A stretch of 20,000 nucleotides of DNA from the IMG/VR virus record IMGVR_UViG_3300007734_000750; one strand, written 5' to 3'. This DNA comes from an uncultured virus (IMG/VR IMGVR_UViG_3300007734_000750) (lineage: Duplodnaviria; Heunggongvirae; Uroviricota; Caudoviricetes). A program made the translations under genes and the position numbers. How positions within the stretch are numbered: position 1 is the first letter of the stretch; the number at the start of each line of letters is the position of its first letter. The notes beneath the pieces were generated by a model, which saw nothing but the letters and a program-made list of their open reading frames with translations, ran no database searches and was not told the origin of the DNA. Shown here piece by piece: positions 1 through 6,344 of the stretch.

Positions 1-72
1 ACAAACTTTGATTATTAAGTTCAAATTAGTTATATTTTGAGCCAAATAACAAAGTGAAATGAGCTCAATATT

Positions 73-144
73 GACCTCGTAACTCAGCGGTAGAGTACCA
101 AGCTTTTAACTTGGGAGTCGAGATTTCGAAATTCTCCGGGGTCA
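73..144 (+). tRNA. trnK: tRNA-Lys(UUU)
   Basis: Acceptor GACCTCG/CGGGGTC, anticodon arm CCAAG-CTTTTAA-CTTGG, T-loop TTCGAAA with T53.T61 mismatch; no encoded CCA. Confidence 0.9.
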
Positions 145-177
145 CAAAAAGAATGTTTAATTAAAAAATCAAAAGTC

Positions 178-687
178 GTGAGTAAGTACCAAAAAACTTT
201 GGTTTTGGATTCAAGTTTTATGGCAAGGAGTATTATATCCACAGAGAGGGCTTTCGTCATTTCTTATAAAGGTAATGCCGACATCGTCCACGAACATCCG
301 GAATCATTTAAATTAGTGAATCCTGAATTGGATATTAAAAAACCATCAATTATCCGGGTCTACAAATATGTAAATCAGGTAATCCAAAAAGTTCCTTTAA
401 GTAGAGAGAATGTTTATCGTAGAGATAACTATGAGTGTGTGTATTGTGGTGATAGTAATAGAAAGACATTGACATTAGACCACGTAATTCCCCAATCTAA
501 GGGGGGGAAAGATTCTTGGGACAACTTGGTTACCGCTTGTAGAAGATGTAACGGTGAGAAGTCCAATTTAACTTTGGAAGAATATGGTAAGGAAATACCT
601 CAACCAAGACGACCACACTATTTGATGTTGATGAAACAGGTTCACCACGAAATTCCAAAAGAGTGGGAACCATATTTATTTTTTTAA
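178..687 (+). CDS. HNH endonuclease (McrA/COG1403-like)
   Basis: RD..C.YCG, TLDHVIPQSKGG..SWDNLVTACRRCN..K motif; GTG start. Confidence 0.9.
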   Translation: MSKYQKTLVLDSSFMARSIISTERAFVISYKGNADIVHEHPESFKLVNPELDIKKPSIIRVYKYVNQVIQKVPLSRENVYRRDNYECVYCGDSNRKTLTLDHVIPQSKGGKDSWDNLVTACRRCNGEKSNLTLEEYGKEIPQPRRPHYLMLMKQVHHEIPKEWEPYLFF

Positions 688-691
688 AAAT

Positions 692-722
692 TTTGGCAGA
701 ATAAAAAATAGTTGTATCTTTG
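692..722 (+). promoter_or_regulatory. Bacteroidota sigma70-type promoter
   Basis: TTTG (692-695), 19-nt spacer, TATCTTTG (715-722) matching TAnnTTTG. Confidence 0.75.
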
Positions 723-744
723 TTGAAATAAAAACAGAGAAACT

Positions 745-888
745 ATGTCATTAGAAAAAGAAATTTTGGGATTCACAAATTGGTTATACACTAACAATTG
801 GAAACTAATTGGTGATGGAATGTGTTTGAATACTGAAACAAAGGCGATTGGTCGTATTGACGAACTGATGGTTGAATATAATAAATAG
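745..888 (+). CDS. Hypothetical protein, 47 aa (MSLEKEILGFTNWLY...)
   Basis: Manually translated ORF directly after a promoter; not in ORF track. Confidence 0.65.
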   Translation: MSLEKEILGFTNWLYTNNWKLIGDGMCLNTETKAIGRIDELMVEYNK

Positions 889-893
889 AAATA

Positions 894-1136
894 ATGATAC
901 CAAAAAATGAAATGGTTGAAGGGTGGTATAATGGTTTCTGTAGAAACAACCACGTTGCTTATTGGGATGGTGAAAAGTTCCAATATGTAAGATATAGTTT
1001 CAATTTTTACTTGGAGACAATTCAACATTTTGAAGATGTTAAAGAAAGTGGATTTGATGGGTTTGTTCCGGTGGAAAAGATTGAAAGAATCCCTATTGAT
1101 AAACAATGGGAACTTAAAGATAAAATAGGTTATTAA
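894..1136 (+). CDS. Hypothetical protein, 80 aa
   Basis: ORF packed behind 745-888, A-rich start context. Confidence 0.7.
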   Translation: MIPKNEMVEGWYNGFCRNNHVAYWDGEKFQYVRYSFNFYLETIQHFEDVKESGFDGFVPVEKIERIPIDKQWELKDKIGY

Positions 1137-1139
1137 ATT

Positions 1140-1209
1140 GGTCTTGATGGTCGTGGCGACCGGTAGGTCTGCAAAATCTACAGAGTGAGTTCGATTCTCA
1201 CCGAGACCT
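1140..1209 (+). tRNA. trnC: tRNA-Cys(GCA), short D-loop
   Basis: Acceptor GGTCTTG/CGAGACC, U73, loop CTGCAAA, T-arm GTGAG-TTCGATT-CTCAC, D-arm GGTC-GTGGC-GACC. Confidence 0.85.
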
Positions 1210-1217
1210 CAATAAAT

Positions 1218-1289
1218 GCGTCATTGGTGAAATGGTTATCATTTTAGTCTCCAAAACTAAAGTTTCAGATTCGAGTTCTGAATGGCGTG
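1218..1289 (+). tRNA. trnW: tRNA-Trp(CCA)
   Basis: Acceptor GCGTCAT/ATGGCGT, G73, arm TTAGT-CTCCAAA-ACTAA, T-arm TCAGA-TTCGAGT-TCTGA. Confidence 0.88.
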
Positions 1290-1295
1290 CAACAT

Positions 1296-1402
1296 CCTTC
1301 TGTAGTTTAACAAGAGCAAAACACAGAGACGAATACATCTCCCTCCGGTAACCATCCCAAGAATGTATTAAGAGTATGTGGGTTCGATTCCCACTGGAAG
1401 GG
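1296..1402 (+). ncRNA. tRNA-like RNA with expanded anticodon region
   Basis: Acceptor CCTTCTG/TGGAAGG, D-stem GTTT/AAAC, T-arm GTGGG-TTCGATT-CCCAC; about 55-nt insert with AATACAT/ATGTATT stem replaces anticodon arm. Confidence 0.65.
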
Positions 1403-1472
1403 CAAGAAGACGGAGAGTGAGTCAAGGGTAATTCCGTTATGGTTATCCCTTGGGGGTCTCTCCTGAAGAATT

Positions 1473-1672
1473 AAAAAGTTTAACAACCGGGGTGTCCATA
1501 CTCTAAAAAACTAATGGACTAGTCGTGTTGATAGGGGTGACCTCCCAACAGTAGCACCGTAGAAATACGGTAAAGGATAGATAAGGACTGGTACGCCGGT
1601 GAGGAACACGACCAATTCCGGAATTCCCATTGTAGCCCGCTACGACCCAAGGGCGGGGTTGTTAAACTTTTT
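1473..1672 (+). ncRNA. Candidate 200-nt structured RNA
   Basis: 16-bp perfect closing stem AAAAAGTTTAACAACC/GGTTGTTAAACTTTTT; internal GTCCAT/ATGGAC, GTCGTGTT/AACACGAC, ACCGTA-GAAA-TACGGT. Confidence 0.6.
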
Positions 1673-1689
1673 TCTTTATATTTATCAAT

Positions 1690-2034
1690 ATGAAAAACTT
1701 TAAATTTTTAATGGATAAACTCAAGGACTATAACTTAGATTCTGAGGATTATGCGGTTTTTGGTTCCGCACCATTAGTAATTACCGGTATGATTGATGAT
1801 GTTAATGACTTAGATGTGATTATACGACCATCAAAATGGGAATTTAATGATGAAGGTGAATATAGAACCAAAGATATTGAATTTTTCAATAATTGGCCCG
1901 AATACGATATTGATGACTTAATTGATAATCATTCATTCGTTTATAATGGGGTTCGATTCATAAATCCAAAGAAAGTTATTGAATATAAAAAATCCCTTAA
2001 AAGGAATAAAGATAAAAATATTTGGGATAATTAA
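1690..2034 (+). CDS. Minimal nucleotidyltransferase (pol-beta superfamily-like)
   Basis: YAVFGSAPL...DVNDLDVII: GS plus DxD motif. Confidence 0.65.
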   Translation: MKNFKFLMDKLKDYNLDSEDYAVFGSAPLVITGMIDDVNDLDVIIRPSKWEFNDEGEYRTKDIEFFNNWPEYDIDDLIDNHSFVYNGVRFINPKKVIEYKKSLKRNKDKNIWDN

Positions 2035-2107
2035 AAATAAATCTTACCAATAATTGACTTTTTACAAAACTAACGTATATTTATTAGAAATTACAATAAC
2101 ACAACAA

Positions 2108-2182
2108 ATGCAAACTTTAAACATATTACTTACGATAGCGGGAACTGAGGGTAGAGATACAACTTGGAAGCAGATGGTATGA
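2108..2182 (+). CDS. Putative 24-aa leader peptide (MQTLNILLTIAGTEGRDTTWKQMV)
   Basis: Short ORF between a TATTTAT motif (2078) and a terminator. Confidence 0.4.
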   Translation: MQTLNILLTIAGTEGRDTTWKQMV

Positions 2183-2208
2183 TATATATTTAAGTAAAAA
2201 AAATATTC

Positions 2209-2244
2209 AAAAATCCATCTTCAAAAAAGGTGGATTTTTTTTTT
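2209..2244 (+). terminator. Rho-independent terminator
   Basis: AAAAATCCATCTT-CAAAA-AAGGTGGATTTTT followed by T run. Confidence 0.8.
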
Positions 2245-2253
2245 GTAAAAAAG

Positions 2254-2319
2254 TTTGGTATAATGAAATAAAGTATTATCTTTGTACCATCAAACTGAAA
2301 CAAGTTAATTGACATATTG
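2254..2319 (+). promoter_or_regulatory. Bacteroidota-type promoter plus boxA-like element upstream of main tRNA block
   Basis: TTTG 2254, TATCTTTG 2277-2284, GTTAATTGACATATTG 2304-2319. Confidence 0.7.
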
Positions 2320-2331
2320 GTAATATAAAAT

Positions 2332-2402
2332 GGCCCGTTAGTTTAGTAGTAGAACCTATCCCTTTCACGGATAAGAGGACGGAGCGTAACCGTTACGGGC
2401 TA
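2332..2402 (+). tRNA. trnE: tRNA-Glu(UUC), non-canonical T-loop
   Basis: Acceptor GGCCCGT/ACGGGCT, arm TATCC-CTTTCAC-GGATA, T-arm GACGG-AGCGTAA-CCGTT. Confidence 0.85.
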
Positions 2403-2407
2403 CAATT

Positions 2408-2479
2408 GGGGATATAGTATAACGGCTATTACAATGGTTTTGCAAATCGTAAATTAGGGTTCAATTCCCTATATCTCCA
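2408..2479 (+). tRNA. trnA: tRNA-Ala(UGC)
   Basis: Acceptor GGGGATA/TATCTCC with G3.U70, loop TTTGCAA, T-arm TAGGG-TTCAATT-CCCTA. Confidence 0.9.
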
Positions 2480-2578
2480 CAAAAAACAGAAAGACAGAAT
2501 ACGGGAAGTCACTACCCGGGAAACACGGTTCTTTCTCCTTCAATTGTTATAGGATTGTCACCTTTGAATTGAAATTTT

Positions 2579-2653
2579 GGTCTCATAGTTAAACGGCTAT
2601 AATATATCCCTGTCACGGATAAGTTCGGGGTTCGATTCCCCGTGGGACCGCCA
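2579..2653 (+). tRNA. trnD: tRNA-Asp(GUC)
   Basis: Acceptor GGTCTCA/TGGGACC, G73 plus encoded CCA, arm TATCC-CTGTCAC-GGATA. Confidence 0.93.
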
Positions 2654-2727
2654 TAAACAATACATTCGTGAAGTATATTTTCGGGTTGTGAAGTGGTTTT
2701 TCGGATTTTCTGTGATATTTATATTAT

Positions 2728-3273
2728 ATGGAAGAATTAAATAGATATCAGAAAGCGGCTTTAGTTAGTAATACAAGAAGTCGAGAAAAATCGTTAAATA
2801 ATTATTACGAAAACCCAAAAATTTGTAAATGTTGTAATAATCCAATTCAGGTTGGTGAAAATCAAAAAGTGAGTGATATTAGGAAGAAAGTTTTTTGTAA
2901 TAGTAGTTGTTCGGCAACATTTAATAATTTACAAAGAGAAAGTAAATTAAAAAATAAAATCAAAACACCAAAAAAAGAAAAATTTGAATATATTTTAAGT
3001 TTATCAAAAAAATTTTTAATTGAAAAACATCAAACATATCATAAATATAGGTCAGTAATTAGAAGACACGCACATTATGTCTTTAACACACATCACGAAC
3101 ATCAAGAATGTAAAGTTTGTGGATACGACACTCACATAGAAGTTTGCCACATTAAATCAGTTTCATCGTTTAGTGATGATACGTTAATAAGTGAAATAAA
3201 TTCTATTGATAATTTAATTGGGTTATGTCCTAATCACCATTGGGAATTTGATAATGATATAATAAAAATATAA
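2728..3273 (+). CDS. HNH endonuclease (free-standing homing type) with N-terminal Cys motifs
   Basis: CKCC..FCNSSCSA; CKVCGY..IEVCHIK..NLIGLCPNHHWEFD; located between tRNAs. Confidence 0.85.
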   Translation: MEELNRYQKAALVSNTRSREKSLNNYYENPKICKCCNNPIQVGENQKVSDIRKKVFCNSSCSATFNNLQRESKLKNKIKTPKKEKFEYILSLSKKFLIEKHQTYHKYRSVIRRHAHYVFNTHHEHQECKVCGYDTHIEVCHIKSVSSFSDDTLISEINSIDNLIGLCPNHHWEFDNDIIKI

Positions 3274-3277
3274 ATAT

Positions 3278-3351
3278 GGCGGGCGGACCGGTTGGTATCG
3301 GGGGTAGTCTCATAAGCTTCATAAATCAGGTTCGATTCCTGAGCGTCGCAA
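3278..3351 (+). tRNA. tRNA(CAU), degenerate Met/Ile2
   Basis: Loop CTCATAA and T-arm TCAGG-TTCGATT-CCTGA; acceptor and anticodon stems imperfect. Confidence 0.6.
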
Positions 3352-3365
3352 CTAAGAATAAACAT

Positions 3366-3438
3366 CGCAGGATAGAGCAGTTGGCAGCTCGTGTGGCTCA
3401 TAACCATAAGGTCGGAGGTTCGAGTCCTTCTCCTGCTA
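3366..3438 (+). tRNA. trnM: tRNA-Met(CAU), initiator-like
   Basis: C1.T72 mismatch, D-stem GAGC/GCTC, arm TGTGG-CTCATAA-CCATA (only two of the three G-C pairs). Confidence 0.88.
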
Positions 3439-3460
3439 CTAATTTAATAACTAAATCCGT

Positions 3461-3634
3461 ATGGCTACAGTAGCAAAAAGGTCAAGACAACAAAGAGTTC
3501 TTGAAATGTTGGAGAAACAATTGAAAAATGGTGTAAAAACCGAAAAAGGAACACGAGATGTGAAAGTTCCATTAACTGATTCTGATAAGAAGAGAATCAA
3601 CAAAGAGATTGAAACTCTTAAAACAAAAGTATAA
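3461..3634 (+). CDS. Small basic hypothetical protein, 57 aa (MATVAKRSRQQRVLEML...)
   Basis: Manually translated ORF with phage-like codon usage; not in ORF track. Confidence 0.7.
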   Translation: MATVAKRSRQQRVLEMLEKQLKNGVKTEKGTRDVKVPLTDSDKKRINKEIETLKTKV

Positions 3635-3683
3635 ACTTATAGATTTAAAATTTAAATTTATTTTCAAGGTATAAGTTTAATTT

Positions 3684-3755
3684 GCGAATGTCGTATAATG
3701 GTCATTACTCTTGACTTCCAATCAAGGGATGAGGGTTCGATTCCCTCCATTCGCT
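3684..3755 (+). tRNA. trnG: tRNA-Gly(UCC)
   Basis: Acceptor GCGAATG/CATTCGC, U73, arm CTTGA-CTTCCAA-TCAAG. Confidence 0.93.
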
Positions 3756-3756
3756 C

Positions 3757-3957
3757 AAAAATAGGGAAAAAGTAATTATATGAAGTAACCTTCGGGGACA
3801 CTGCCGGAACCCTCTAACACATAGGTTGGTGAAAAGTATGATGAAAGACAACGGCGCACCGGTCATCCATCTGGGAGTAATTACCCATAACGGACGTGGA
3901 GATGAAGTCACAACTCCTTAAGACCGCAATGGTGAAAAATTTGGTCGAACTATTTTA
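3757..3957 (+). ncRNA. Candidate 200-nt structured RNA
   Basis: GC-enriched spacer closed by AAAATAG/CTATTTT; hairpins CC-TTCG-GG, TGGG..CCCA, GGAG..CTCC, GACC..GGTC. Confidence 0.4.
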
Positions 3958-3960
3958 ATT

Positions 3961-4033
3961 GCCTCCATAGCATAAATGGAAATGCCACATCCTTCTAAGA
4001 TGTCCAATATTGGTTCAAATCCAGTTGGGGGTA
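3961..4033 (+). tRNA. trnR: tRNA-Arg(UCU)
   Basis: Acceptor GCCTCCA/TGGGGGT, arm ACATC-CTTCTAA-GATGT, T-arm ATTGG-TTCAAAT-CCAGT. Confidence 0.9.
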
Positions 4034-4038
4034 CAAAT

Positions 4039-4160
4039 GGTGTAAAAGGGTTGAGTGATGGTGATTTGTAGGTAACACTCCTTAATACTAGGATTGGAGA
4101 GAAGAGTTGGTGCATATCACAAGTAATTCATCGAGGTAGGTTCGATTCCTATCTACACTA
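4039..4160 (+). ncRNA. tRNA-like RNA (acceptor plus T-arm, no recognisable anticodon arm)
   Basis: GGTGTA/TACACT stem and T-arm GTAGG-TTCGATT-CCTAT enclosing about 90 nt. Confidence 0.55.
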
Positions 4161-4168
4161 CAAATAAC

Positions 4169-4243
4169 ACCCTCGTGGGCAAACGGGAAAGCCGTCTGAT
4201 TTAGGCTCAGAAGATTTTGTGAGTTCGACTCTCACCGTGGGTA
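4169..4243 (+). tRNA. trnL: tRNA-Leu(UAG), short variable region
   Basis: Acceptor ACCCTCG/CGTGGGT, A73, arm TCTGA-TTTAGGC-TCAGA, T-arm GTGAG-TTCGACT-CTCAC. Confidence 0.85.
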
Positions 4244-4248
4244 CAATA

Positions 4249-4339
4249 CATTATCATAACTCGGTGTGATACACCGCCAACTACCTCCTTAAACTACGTG
4301 GGAACTGCGGTTCTCCCAATGTGGCCGAAGTGATAATGT
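4249..4339 (+). ncRNA. Candidate 90-nt structured RNA
   Basis: Closing stem ACATTATCA/TGATAATGT; internal CGGTGT/ACACCG and TGGGA..TCCCA hairpins. Confidence 0.45.
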
Positions 4340-4398
4340 TAAAATAGTAGTTTAAGAGACAGAGTTGACTTCTACTTAAAAAAAATACTCTGCGACAG

Positions 4399-4481
4399 GC
4401 TTCCGTCGCATAGAGGTTGATTGCACCTGATTTGTAATCAGGAACCGAAAGGTCACGTTGGTTCGAATCCAACCGGAAGCT
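4399..4481 (+). tRNA. trnT: tRNA-Thr(UGU) with long variable arm
   Basis: Acceptor GCTTCCG/CGGAAGC, arm CCTGA-TTTGTAA-TCAGG, extra arm ACC-GAAA-GGT. Confidence 0.88.
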
Positions 4482-4483
4482 CA

Positions 4484-4689
4484 ATTGAGATAGAGATACT
4501 CAATAGATTTGGCATCGTTACTTAAATAATGATGTAGCTGGTGCTCCAAACGGTTTTATAGAGGGAGTCGTCGGGAAAACGGCAAGAGAACCATCTTGAC
4601 CTCCGAGTATATGGTTGACTTTTAAGCGGTAAGACGCGTTGGGTTTTGAAGAGAAAAACTGTGAATATCTACACCAAAATAATCTCATT
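4484..4689 (+). ncRNA. Candidate 200-nt structured RNA
   Basis: TGAGAT/ATCTCA and TAGAT/ATCTA long-range pairs; hairpins GCATCGTTA/TAATGATGT, CAAGA/TCTTG, GTTTT/AAAAC. Confidence 0.4.
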
Positions 4690-4700
4690 GGTGGAAACAC

Positions 4701-4785
4701 ATCCGGGTGGTGGAATGGTATACACGCTAGACTTAAAATCTAGTTTTCTGAAGAGAAATTGAGGGTTCAAGTCCCTTTCCGGATA
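4701..4785 (+). tRNA. trnL: tRNA-Leu(UAA)
   Basis: Acceptor ATCCGGG/TCCGGAT, arm CTAGA-CTTAAAA-TCTAG, long variable arm. Confidence 0.92.
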
Positions 4786-4856
4786 CTGAGTAATATTTAC
4801 AATTATGAAAAACAACCAACCCAACTCCACATAGTTTTAGCTATTAGCTAAAATTT

Positions 4857-5087
4857 ATGACTCAGAAATTGAGAATTTGGAGAGTAGTTCCCGTTAATAA
4901 CGGTGTTCAGGCTCCCACGTTTTTCGTAGAAACTACGGAAGACGGACGTGAGAAGGCAGAAGAATCTGCAATGAGACAAGCAAGATTAAAATCAGGTTTG
5001 TCTAAGTTTAAGGAATGGAAATTCCGATTGGAGAAACTCTCTGTGAGGGTTGATAAATTTGGTAGGTATGTGAAACACCACCAATAA
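4857..5087 (+). CDS. Hypothetical protein, 76 aa
   Basis: ORF on array strand filling inter-tRNA gap. Confidence 0.7.
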   Translation: MTQKLRIWRVVPVNNGVQAPTFFVETTEDGREKAEESAMRQARLKSGLSKFKEWKFRLEKLSVRVDKFGRYVKHHQ

Positions 5088-5126
5088 GTTGACATATGTT
5101 TGTGGGTTCATTAAAAACCCATAATT

Positions 5127-5198
5127 GGTCTCGTAGCTCAAAGGTGGAGCAGTTCGCTCATAACGAAAAGGATGGGATATCGTGATTCCCCGAGACCA
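5127..5198 (+). tRNA. tRNA(CAU), Ile2 or elongator Met, non-canonical T-loop
   Basis: Acceptor GGTCTCG/CGAGACC, loop CTCATAA, T-arm GGGAT-ATCGTGA-TTCCC. Confidence 0.85.
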
Positions 5199-5203
5199 CA
5201 ACA

Positions 5204-5233
5204 ACATCCAATGAAAGTTGGGGGTTTTTATTT
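5204..5233 (+). terminator. Probable terminator ending tRNA array
   Basis: TCCAAT-GAAA-GTTGGG hairpin followed by T-rich tract. Confidence 0.55.
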
Positions 5234-5265
5234 ACAACAAAATAAATCATCCTTATATTTATAAC

Positions 5266-6267
5266 TGAAACCTTGTTGCTGAGGTTCTCGTGTCCACAGA
5301 GGCATTTGAGTTGGAATTGATACCAACGAAGAGAAGTTCAATAAACATAAAAAATAAAATAAGGAAATTATGTATTACCAAACAAAAACAGGTACGCCTT
5401 GTGCGTACATCTCAAAAGACAGAAAACGTCTTAAACAATTTGGACAAACTGTCTATCTAAACAACGGGGACGAATTCCAATTGGAATTATTCAACCCATC
5501 ATCAACCACAGTATTAGCGAAAATCAAACTTGACGGAAGTTATATCTCCGGAGGAGGAATTGTTCTTAAACCGGGACAAAGAGTATTTCTTGAGAGATAC
5601 CTTGACGACCCACGTAAATTTAAGTTTGAAACTTATGAGGTTGACGGAACATCAAATGAGGTATTGGATGCCATCGCCGGAAATGGGGATGTTGTTATTG
5701 ACTTCTTTGATGAATATAAACAACCGGTGTGGAATAACCCTATAACTTATGTTGGTGGTTCATTTGGTGGGTCAATTCATACATACTACAATAACCCGTT
5801 TAACATAAATGGTTCAACAACAACCACAAATGGTAATGTATCATTTACATCGTCAAATAATACTGCGGGTGTTAATTTTAATACTACATCAATAAGTAAT
5901 ACTTTTGAGGGACCAAACAAAAGAGATTTTTTAAGAAGTGAAACATCAAGATTAAAAAAATCTAAACCTCGTAGTGAAGTTACTATGGATTCTTTAATAG
6001 AAAATAGTGAAAATTCTATTGAAACCGGTAGAGTTGAAAAAGGTGGTTCATCTGACCAATCATTTAAAACTGTTGATAAAACTTTTAACCATTACACTTG
6101 TTCAACATCTATATGGAAAATTCTTCCGGTATCACAACAAGTTTTTGAGAAACAGGATTTAAAAGTGTATTGTTCTAACTGTGGAAAAAAAAGAAAAAAA
6201 GATTCCGATAAATTTTGTTCTTCTTGTGGGAACAAATTCTAAAAAATAAACAAATAACAAGGTTTCA
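5266..6267. repeat. 12-bp inverted repeat flanking CDS 5370-6242
   Basis: TGAAACCTTGTT (5266-5277) and AACAAGGTTTCA (6256-6267). Confidence 0.8.
5370..6242 (+). CDS. Hypothetical protein with C-terminal zinc ribbon
   Basis: YCSNCG..KFCSSCG at C-terminus; beta-rich N-domain; low-complexity T/N/S linker. Confidence 0.85.
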   Translation: MYYQTKTGTPCAYISKDRKRLKQFGQTVYLNNGDEFQLELFNPSSTTVLAKIKLDGSYISGGGIVLKPGQRVFLERYLDDPRKFKFETYEVDGTSNEVLDAIAGNGDVVIDFFDEYKQPVWNNPITYVGGSFGGSIHTYYNNPFNINGSTTTTNGNVSFTSSNNTAGVNFNTTSISNTFEGPNKRDFLRSETSRLKKSKPRSEVTMDSLIENSENSIETGRVEKGGSSDQSFKTVDKTFNHYTCSTSIWKILPVSQQVFEKQDLKVYCSNCGKKRKKDSDKFCSSCGNKF

Positions 6268-6271
6268 AAAT

Positions 6272-6303
6272 AAATCCATCATTTTTTTCGTGATGGATTT
6301 TTT
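6272..6303 (+). terminator. Rho-independent terminator
   Basis: AAATCCATCA..TGATGGATTT followed by T run. Confidence 0.8.
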
Positions 6304-6344
6304 TATTCCAATAATTTGTTTATCTTTGTATAAAATTAAATAAA

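Noticed and set aside
4805..4853. 9-codon ORF MKNNQPNST followed by palindrome TTTTAGCTATTAGCTAAAA
   Set aside because: Real sequence pattern but too short and AT-rich to support a function
1198..5207. Short track ORFs 1198-1425, 3276-3473, 3705-3911, 3918-4115, 4281-4484, 4518-4700, 4907-5095, 4992-5207
   Set aside because: They overlap tRNAs or structured RNAs or are antisense to better ORFs; shadow frames
5286..5336. Hammerhead or HDV-like (theta) ribozyme in the leader of 5370
   Set aside because: Three-way junction present but the CUGAnGA/GAAA core is incomplete and no P1/P3 nested pseudoknot could be built
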